Shown piece by piece: positions 7,907 to 14,611 of a stretch of 16,280 bases of DNA. A program made the translations under genes and the position numbers. The stretch is from Candidatus Wukongarchaeum yapensis (GTDB taxonomy: Archaea > Asgardarchaeota > Wukongarchaeia > Wukongarchaeales > Wukongarchaeaceae). Each line of letters begins with the position of its first letter. Position 1 is the first letter of the stretch. Below the pieces are notes generated by a model, which saw only the letters and a list, made by a program, of their open reading frames with translations, was not told the DNA's origin and searched no databases. Location: contig JAEOSI010000026.1 in NCBI GenBank assembly GCA_016840425.1, positions 1 through 16,280 on the forward strand. Reading direction: 5' to 3'.

Positions 7907-8800
7907 TCATTCATTGTTAATTAGTTTTTTATCAGAAATTGCATTAATTGTGAACTGTTGTATATCGGGGATTTTTTCCTTTAACATTTTTTGGATATTT
8001 GACCGAATACGATCTACTTCTTGCATAGTCATTTCTCCTGGAACTTCGATCATCATTTCTCCTTGAAGCAGTGGTCCTGTACGTCTTAGACGAACTATGT
8101 GGGCAGTTTTTACTCCCTCTGTATTCTCAGCTATATTTTTAATAATCGGTCGTTGACTAATACAAGACATATCACAGGCATCAACCAGAACATAGCTGCT
8201 TTCTTTGATAGATGCAAAACCGATGCTTAGTATCATGGTAGCTATTATAAATCCTATAATTGCATCTGCGATTAAATAGCCATAATTAGCTAATATTAAT
8301 GCGATTACGGTTAGAAGGGATGCTGTGCCGTCTTTTACAGTATTAAAAACTTCTAGTTTTAATGATTGGAGTTTGCTTTTTTTCCCTTCTTGATATTTTA
8401 TTATTCCTAAAGCTATAGCAACTATTCCTGCGATTAGAGCGACTATTGCTCCGATTAACGGTGCTTCTATTTCATCGGGATCTTTAAATTGAAGGTAAGA
8501 TCTATACCCTATATATGTTGCTAGAAAAACCATGATAATTGCTGCGATGATTGATGCTAAACTTTCTACTTTATAATAACCGTAATGAAACTTATCATCT
8601 GCAGGTTTTTTAAAAAACTTTATTCCAACCCATACAACGCTGGATACAAATCCATCTCCTATACAATCTATTCCATTTGCGGTTAATGCTACGCTTTTAG
8701 AAAAACTTGTGCCCAATAATACCTGCAATATCCCTATCCCGATTAGAAATACTGCTGTGAACTTTGCCATGTTCTCAGCATTACCTGTCATAGAACTCAT
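7907..8800 (-). CDS. Cation diffusion facilitator (CDF) family transporter
   Basis: Six hydrophobic segments, SVALTANGIDCIGD, KKPADDKFHYGYYKVESLA signature, C-terminal cytoplasmic domain (VRLRRTGP...IEVPGEMTMQEVD). Confidence 0.92.
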   Translation of the reverse strand: MSSMTGNAENMAKFTAVFLIGIGILQVLLGTSFSKSVALTANGIDCIGDGFVSSVVWVGIKFFKKPADDKFHYGYYKVESLASIIAAIIMVFLATYIGYRSYLQFKDPDEIEAPLIGAIVALIAGIVAIALGIIKYQEGKKSKLQSLKLEVFNTVKDGTASLLTVIALILANYGYLIADAIIGFIIATMILSIGFASIKESSYVLVDACDMSCISQRPIIKNIAENTEGVKTAHIVRLRRTGPLLQGEMMIEVPGEMTMQEVDRIRSNIQKMLKEKIPDIQQFTINAISDKKLINNE

Positions 8801-9041
8801 TTATATACCTCTAAGCCAAAATATGAGTTTAATAAATTTTCTAGAAAAACCAACGCTAGCAAAATTTAGGCAAAGTACAAACTATTCATATTATAATCTT
8901 ATGACACGCCTTTAGATCATGATATATTACAACTTTATATGTTTTTATAAATGATTTTTATTGTCAATACAAAGATAGTAAACTGGAAAACATTAAATGA
9001 TGAAGAAAATCTATTTAACTAAAGGTAGAAGAAAAGTGAAA

Positions 9042-9240
9042 TAAGGTGTTCTGAATAAGTATAAGCCCGTAAGCCCATTAATTTCTTCAAAAAGAGAGCA
9101 GCTCCTAAATTTGGAGAGGGGGTACTACAAGTGAAATGGTGATAAAAGATATTGATTTAAAATAGGTTTTTTCTTCTTTTTTAGGAAAAAAGTATGTGAA
9201 CCATTAAAGCGTTTTAAGCAAGTTTATTTTTCTATTAACG
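9042..9240 (+). repeat. Repeat B, copy 1 (~200 bp, non-coding)
   Basis: About 80% identical by eye to 11825-12035; lies directly upstream of the nitroreductase. Confidence 0.9.
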
Positions 9241-9252
9241 GGTATAATTGGG

Positions 9253-10035
9253 GTGATTTTTTTGTCTTTGAAAAATGCTGTTATTGATAGTTTGTTGAAT
9301 CATAGGTCTGTTAGAAGGTTTAAAGATGAGCCTATTGAGCCTGAGGTTCTTGAAATGTTGCTTAAATCGGGGTTGCGGGCTGCGTCGGCTGGTAATCTTC
9401 AGTCTTATTCGTTGATTGTTGTTGATGATCGGGAGAAGAAGGAAGAGCTTTCTAGGGCTTGTGGTGGTCATCAAGATTTTATTGCTGATGCTGCGGTTAA
9501 TATTGCAGCGGTTGTTGATCAGTTCCGATTTAAAAAGTGGGTTGAGTTGAATAAAGGGCATTTTCACGCTGATTATGCTATAACTCTTTTTATTGGTTTT
9601 TGGGATGCTATTATTGCTCTTCATAACATTGTTGTAGCTGCAGAAAGTATTGGTTTGGGTACTTGTTATGTTGGTAATTTTTTGTCAGTTGATATCCAGA
9701 GTTTGTTTGGTACGCCGGATTATGTTGCTCCTGCGGGTTTGGTTAGTATTGGTTATCCTGATGAGGAGCCTGAGCTTCGTCCTAGGTTGCCTCTTGAGGC
9801 TGTTGTTCATAGGAATAGTTATCGGGTTTATTCTGATGAGGAGATTAGGAGTTTGTATCGGGTGATGGATGATAGGTGGAAGTCTTTTTCTGAAGAGGGT
9901 AGGAAGCGGTTTGTGGAGAGTGGTGTTTTGAATGTGGCTCAGTATGTTACTTTGATGCATTATACTGAGGAATTTATTCGTTCTGAGAGTGAGAAACTTC
10001 TTCAAAATATCAAGAAAGCAAAATTTAAGCTATAG
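9253..10035 (+). CDS. NfsA/Frp-family nitroreductase (flavin oxidoreductase)
   Basis: HRSVRRFKDEPI, ASAGNLQSYSLIV, DAIIALHNIVVAAESIGLGTCYVG, LRPRLPLEAVVHRNSY motifs; 260 aa; GGGGTG RBS-like element at the start. Confidence 0.93.
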   Translation: MIFLSLKNAVIDSLLNHRSVRRFKDEPIEPEVLEMLLKSGLRAASAGNLQSYSLIVVDDREKKEELSRACGGHQDFIADAAVNIAAVVDQFRFKKWVELNKGHFHADYAITLFIGFWDAIIALHNIVVAAESIGLGTCYVGNFLSVDIQSLFGTPDYVAPAGLVSIGYPDEEPELRPRLPLEAVVHRNSYRVYSDEEIRSLYRVMDDRWKSFSEEGRKRFVESGVLNVAQYVTLMHYTEEFIRSESEKLLQNIKKAKFKL

Positions 10036-10057
10036 TCTTGATAATTTGGTAATCAGA

Positions 10058-10093
10058 TTTTTGCGAAATTTTTAGGTGATCATTTTAATAAAG
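10058..10093 (+). repeat. Motif A, copy downstream of the nitroreductase
   Basis: TTTTTGCGAAATTTTTAGGTGATCATTTTAATAAAG aligns with 11505-11541 and 717-751. Confidence 0.65.
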
Positions 10094-10255
10094 TGTTATT
10101 AATCCCGTAATAGGTAATTTTCAAGGGACGACCAAGAAAAGATTGGGTAATTACTCAAGAAGAGATTAGGGAAGATATCGAAGGTATTGTTTTTTATTTT
10201 GTTTTTTAGAGTGTTGGGTACAGTTTTGCTGTTTCTTTTGTTTTTTGGTTGTCTG

Positions 10256-11215
10256 TTATTGCTTTTCTTCTTTGGTTTTGTTTTTTGTGGTGTTTTTTTG
10301 TTGTTTTTGCTCTCCTTTTTTTGTGGGTGTTTTCGCGGTAGTGTGTTTTGTTTGTTCGTTCTGTTGTTGTGTGGGGGTTTGGTTCGTTTTTTTTGCGGCT
10401 TCTTTCCTTACAAGAGAAATCGCTTTTATATTTATACTTTCCAAGTATTTTGTGATATATTCTAGAGGAAGACCGATTAAGTCACATAATTCTTTTATCT
10501 TTGTATTTAGAGTGTCTGTTTTTTCTCCATTGTCCGTCACTTTATATAGCATACCAGCTTGAATATAATTATCAATTGCTAGTACTATGTCTTTTTTTGT
10601 TTTTTCGATGTCAATAGCTTTCCTATAAAACTTTTCAGCTGCTTCAAGCAATATTTTGCTTTCTAATTCTCCATTTTCGCCTTTTTCATAGTTTTGAACT
10701 GCATGTTTATATACTTCTAACGCTTCTCTCGGATCTTCAATTCCTGCTGCTTTTTTTCTAAATTGATCAGCAGAGTCAGTCCAGCATGCTTTGCTCAGTT
10801 CTTCGTCCTCGCCTTGTGATGCATATTCTGAAGCTTTTGCTAATTTCTCTTCTGCAGAATCTGGGTCTTCCATTTTTTTTGCTTCTGCTCTTAAATTTTT
10901 TGCGGATTCTATAAACTTCTTATGAGCCTCTTTCATAGCTTTTTCAGACTCGGATTGTTTACCGATTTGTTCATAGATTTCTGAAGCTTTTTTATATATC
11001 TTTAAGGCAGCAACGGGGTCTTCATTTGATTTTGCGCTATCTCTAAGCAATTTTGCAGCTTTTGTTAAACAACTATTTCCATCTTTTGGGCTATCGTTTT
11101 TATTATAACAATCAGCTGCCTCTTTATACATTTTAACAGCTGTGGTCAGATCTTCCTTTTCTAGTTCTTTTGCTTCTTTTTCTAATGTCTTACACTCTTC
11201 AGCCAAATCTCCCAA
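10256..11215 (-). CDS. Alpha-helical repeat (TPR/SNAP-like) protein with low-complexity C-terminal tail
   Basis: Repeats starting EDLTTA/EDPVAA/EDPDSA/EDPREA/KDIVLA at residues 21, 65, 116, 160, 208, with an A-x-x-x-Y-x-x-A-x-x-x-Y pattern; K/Q/T/N-rich tail. GGAG RBS. Confidence 0.8.
   Translation of the reverse strand: MGDLAEECKTLEKEAKELEKEDLTTAVKMYKEAADCYNKNDSPKDGNSCLTKAAKLLRDSAKSNEDPVAALKIYKKASEIYEQIGKQSESEKAMKEAHKKFIESAKNLRAEAKKMEDPDSAEEKLAKASEYASQGEDEELSKACWTDSADQFRKKAAGIEDPREALEVYKHAVQNYEKGENGELESKILLEAAEKFYRKAIDIEKTKKDIVLAIDNYIQAGMLYKVTDNGEKTDTLNTKIKELCDLIGLPLEYITKYLESINIKAISLVRKEAAKKTNQTPTQQQNEQTKHTTAKTPTKKGEQKQQKNTTKNKTKEEKQ
10259..10409. repeat. Low-complexity T/G tract (151 nt, a single A on the + strand)
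   Basis: Only A is at 10340; encodes the tail of the 319-aa protein on the - strand. Confidence 0.9.
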
Positions 11216-11504
11216 CTCCAGCTATATTTTTCAGGATTCGTAAGTTTATTTGTATGCAGCTTAATCTGAATTCTCAAGTAATACTTCTACTACATACTAA
11301 AAAAATATATCGGAGAAAATGGGAAAAGAAGGTGATTATCGAGAAAGGATTTGATAAAAAATCGTTGATGATGTTATTTGGCGTATACTCGATTGTATGA
11401 GCTCTATATTGAAACTTTTTTTTTCGAAAATTGTGGAAATTAATCGATATAAACGTCAATGAAAAAAGAAATGTGGTATTCCTATTTAAAAGAAGTTTAT
11501 GTAG

Positions 11505-11550
11505 TTTTGCAAAATTTTTAGTGGATCATTTTAACAAAAAGCGGGGTTGT
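11505..11550 (+). repeat. Motif A, copy fused to recombinase fragment copy 3
   Basis: TTTTGCAAAATTTTTAGTGGATCATTTTAACAAAAAGCGGGGTTGT aligns to 717-759 and runs directly into the int 3' fragment. Confidence 0.75.
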
Positions 11551-11687
11551 ATGGATTTGCGTGTTTTACAAGATAGTCTTGGTCATGATCATATTAGTAC
11601 GACACAAATTTATTTACACGTAGATATGGGGGAGAAGAAGCGGCAGTTTGTTGATCTTTCTAAAAAATTAAATCGGTGAAAGGGAAG
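11545..11687 (+). pseudogene. Orphan 3' fragment of the tyrosine recombinase, copy 3 (open 42-codon frame from ATG 11551)
   Basis: 114/129 nt identical to 1274-1402; MDLRVLQDSLGHDHISTTQIYLHVDMGEKKRQFVDLSKKLNR retains LGH and the Tyr nucleophile. Confidence 0.95.
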
Positions 11688-11824
11688 GTATAGGAAAATA
11701 GAAAATAATACTCTCTCAGCGAACTGCCAAGGCGCGAACGGTATCTCCTGCCATTCTGGATGTGAAGGGAGTAAATGTTTGAAGTAGAGTCGAAACATGC
11801 TGTATCTACTCCGTTCCACTAAGT

Positions 11825-12035
11825 TAAGGTGGTCCGAATAGTTACAAGCCCGTACCCCACGTACTTCCTCAAAAAGAGAGCCCCCCTCCTTAAATTTGGA
11901 GAGACGGCGTTACCACAAGTGAAATGCCGACAAAAAATAAAAGATATTGATTTAAAATATAATTTTTCTTCTTTTTTAGGAAAAAAGTATGAGAACCATT
12001 GAAGCGTTCTAAACAAGTTCATGTTTCTATCAACG
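11825..12035 (+). repeat. Repeat B, copy 2
   Basis: Direct repeat of 9042-9240; here upstream of the asparaginase gene. Confidence 0.9.
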
Positions 12036-12057
12036 TTTGAAATCTTGGGGTGTTTTT

Positions 12058-12546
12058 ATGAGAATTTTGTTTATTCAGACTGGTGGTTCGATAGATAAGG
12101 ATTACCCGCGAGTGGTAAAGGGTTATGGGTTTGAGATTGGAGAGCCTGCTGTTGAAAGAATATTGGGTAGGGTTAGTCTTAATTTTAAATATGAAATATT
12201 ATCTGTTCTTAGGAAAGATAGTTTAGATATTACTGATGAGGATAGGGAGAAGATTTATGATGTTTGTGTAAAAGCGGATAGTGATAAGATTATAATCACT
12301 CATGGAACTGATACGATGATTGAAACTGCCAAAAAATTGAGCAGTATTAAGGATAAAATTATAGTTTTAACAGGCGCAATGAGACCTGAAAGGTTTAGGG
12401 ATTCAGATGCGGATTTTAATTTGGGAACGGCGATTGGAGGGATAAATATTCTTGAAAATGGTGTTTATATAGCGATGAATGGTAGGATTTGTTCGTGGAA
12501 TAAGGTTAAAAGAGATTTAGAAACAGGTCAATTTGTTGAAAAATAG
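12058..12546 (+). CDS. Short single-domain L-asparaginase-family protein
   Basis: QTGGSIDK, KDSLDITD, ITHGTDTM, VLTGAMRP, SDADFNLG, GVYIAMNG motifs; ATG 12058 preceded by GGGGTG; 162 aa. Confidence 0.9.
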   Translation: MRILFIQTGGSIDKDYPRVVKGYGFEIGEPAVERILGRVSLNFKYEILSVLRKDSLDITDEDREKIYDVCVKADSDKIIITHGTDTMIETAKKLSSIKDKIIVLTGAMRPERFRDSDADFNLGTAIGGINILENGVYIAMNGRICSWNKVKRDLETGQFVEK

Positions 12547-12631
12547 TTTTAAGGTCTCTCTTTCATCTTTTAACTCTTTATGCATGCGAATAGTGTATAA
12601 TTTCTTTTTACTTTTTTTTAGCCGTTTAGAC

Positions 12632-12878
12632 TATAATTGGGGTGATTTTTTTGTCTATGAGAAATGCTGTTATTGATGGTTTGTTGAATCATAGGTCTGT
12701 TAGAAGGTTTAAAGATGAGGCTATTGAGCCTGAGGTTCTTGAAATGTTGCTTAAAGTAGGGATTCGGGCTCCTTCGGCTGGTAATCTTCAGTCTTATTCT
12801 TTGATTGTTGTTGATGATTGGGAGAAGAAGGAAGAACTTGCTAAGGCTTGTAGTGATCAAGAAAGCAAAATTTAAGCT
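12632..12878 (+). pseudogene. Internally deleted copy of the nitroreductase gene
   Basis: 12632-12862 aligns to 9243-9476 and 12856-12878 aligns to 10009-10031; the join is the shared heptamer ATCAAGA. Confidence 0.95.
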
Positions 12879-13023
12879 TTAGTTTTGTGCGCGCGGGTAT
12901 ATGGTTCTTTTTTCGTTGTTTAATTATTGGTTTTTTCGGCTGTTTATTGCTTTTTAATTTGTTTTTATCGTTTCTATAAAAGTTAATCTTTAATTTTGAT
13001 AGAAACATTTAAATAATATTTAT

Positions 13024-13065
13024 GCTTTAAATTATTTGTATACGTTTAAAAGATATTTTAACGTA
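13024..13065 (+). promoter_or_regulatory. TATA-like box plus palindromic operator candidate, copy 1
   Basis: GCTTTAAATTAT (13024-13035) followed by ACGTT-N13-AACGT (13042-13064); the same two elements precede the ArsR gene. Confidence 0.55.
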
Positions 13066-13087
13066 AAAAAATGTTGGGGTGGTAAAT

Positions 13088-13399
13088 ATGACCTCTAAAT
13101 TTAGTAATGCGGATGAGGACTGCTGCGAAGGTTTTCAACCTTGCAACTCAGATTGGAAGACATTGAAAGTCGCTACCGTAGTGAGCGATAAGGATTCTTG
13201 TTCTCATGGCGTGAAGCCTGTGGTAGAGATAGTTGAAGCAAAGTTTCCGTGTGTGAAACCATCTAAAGTGAATTTTGAGGAGATTTACGCGTTCAGGGAA
13301 GAAGATATCGAGTATAGGAACAAAGTGGAAGCAAAACGCATTCGCAAAGAAGATCCTTACGCTAAAGTCGTCAAAACAGTCCCATTTGGGTTCATATAA
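13088..13399 (+). CDS. Small Cys-containing hypothetical protein
   Basis: ORF 13079-13399; ATG 13088 follows a GGGGTGG RBS; DEDCCEGFQPC, SCSHG, FPC; no recognised family. Confidence 0.6.
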   Translation: MTSKFSNADEDCCEGFQPCNSDWKTLKVATVVSDKDSCSHGVKPVVEIVEAKFPCVKPSKVNFEEIYAFREEDIEYRNKVEAKRIRKEDPYAKVVKTVPFGFI

Positions 13400-13683
13400 T
13401 GATAAATGGAGTTTTTTTTCAAATGTTTATACTTTGTGCGCGGTTTGAAGTTCCTTCACGCTCGACTGGTAAGGACATCATTTCAACTGTAGCGAATTGA
13501 AAGCATCTAAACATAAAAGAACAGAATGTTAAGTATAGGAAAATTAGAGCAACTCTAAGGGTTCACATCCAAAATGAACGAGACATCAACAATGTTAAAT
13601 TCTACTGGATATTACAAGGTTTTAGGTGACGAAAACTGTGAGCTTTCCCTATATAGTGTTTGAGGATAATGAGTTTGAAAAAA

Positions 13684-13737
13684 GCTTTAAATTATGGATG
13701 TTGATGTTTTTTAGACGTTAATAGTTTGTTTAAACGT
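13684..13737 (+). promoter_or_regulatory. TATA-like box plus palindromic operator candidate, copy 2
   Basis: GCTTTAAATTAT (13684-13695) and ACGTT-N13-AACGT (13715-13737) upstream of the ArsR start. Confidence 0.55.
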
Positions 13738-13773
13738 AGAAATGTTTTGGAAATAATTGCAAGGTGATATGGA

Positions 13774-14448
13774 ATGGTTGAAAACTCGTCAGATAAGGAA
13801 GAACATTCAGCTGTACCTTGTAAGGAGAAGGAAAAGATTTGTAAGGAGAAGGTGAAGATTGAACTTCCTGAAGGTACGGATTCTAAGACTCTTATTAATG
13901 CTTTTGCTGATTCAAAGCGTCTAGCTATTCTTGATCTTCTTTCGAAGAAGGAGATGACTGTTTCTCAATTGGGTGAAAAATTGGATTTCTCTCCACAGAA
14001 TGCATATCATCATATTAAGAAATTAGTTGATAGTGGAATAGTAAAACTTGATCGAGTTGAAGTTGATAAGAACTATGTAGAAAAGTATTATTCTACTACT
14101 GTTGATCTTGAATGTGTTGGTTGCATGCTTCATGAGATTGAGGAGAAATTTGGAGTTGAACTTGAAGATAAGAAAAAGATAAAGATTGCTCTTTTAGGCT
14201 TTGCTTTAGTTAAAATTAATAAAGCAATCAATCTCATTGAGAAAGCCTCTGGATTTGGAGAAATAAATCCTTGTGAGTTTTCTGTAGCAATTAGTGCGTG
14301 CACTATTCCTACTAGCAAACTTTATGAGGTTCTTGAAAAGTATAATAAGACTATGGAGACTTATTTAGAGGAACTTGAGAAAGAAGGACAAAAGGATGAA
14401 GATAGCTTGAAACATGCTTATATAACCCTGATAATGCCCACAAAATGA
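13774..14448 (+). CDS. ArsR-family winged-helix transcriptional regulator with C-terminal extension
   Basis: SKRLAILDLLSKKEMTVSQLGEKLDFSPQNAYHHIKKLVDSGIV HTH, wing EKYYST; AGGTGAT RBS; several Cys including CVGC. Confidence 0.9.
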   Translation: MVENSSDKEEHSAVPCKEKEKICKEKVKIELPEGTDSKTLINAFADSKRLAILDLLSKKEMTVSQLGEKLDFSPQNAYHHIKKLVDSGIVKLDRVEVDKNYVEKYYSTTVDLECVGCMLHEIEEKFGVELEDKKKIKIALLGFALVKINKAINLIEKASGFGEINPCEFSVAISACTIPTSKLYEVLEKYNKTMETYLEELEKEGQKDEDSLKHAYITLIMPTK

Positions 14449-14611
14449 ATTGGACGATACGAGCTGTACATATATTTAATCGCTTGTTTACAGCCATATT
14501 TCTCTTTTTTGTTTAAAATTAGCCATTTTCAGTTTTTCTTTGTTTTTCTTTAACTTTAACTCAACATTAGAAAAGCTTGGAATTGAACAGAAAAATAGAG
14601 AAGGGGATAAA

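Larger units (their letters stand above)
717..12878. mobile_element. Tyrosine-recombinase-associated mosaic genomic island / cassette-like array (true limits may extend beyond these coordinates)
   Basis: Intact recombinase at the left, two orphan copies of its 3' end, repeated scaffold segments (motif A, repeat B, nitroreductase), many pseudogenes and TA remnants, heterogeneous cargo. Confidence 0.7.

Noticed and set aside
10187-10562. Plus-strand F/L/C/V-rich ORFs (10187-10465, 10245-10562) as membrane proteins
   Set aside because: Products of the A-free T/G tract, antisense to the 319-aa gene.
11431-11550. N-terminal 40 aa of ORF 11431-11679 as a real domain fused to the int fragment
   Set aside because: It is translated motif A and AT-rich intergenic DNA; the frame is probably open by chance.
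11610-12022. Minus-strand ORFs 11610-11819 and 11819-12022 over repeat B
   Set aside because: The frame is not conserved in the other copy of B (early TAA and indels) and no motif is recognisable.
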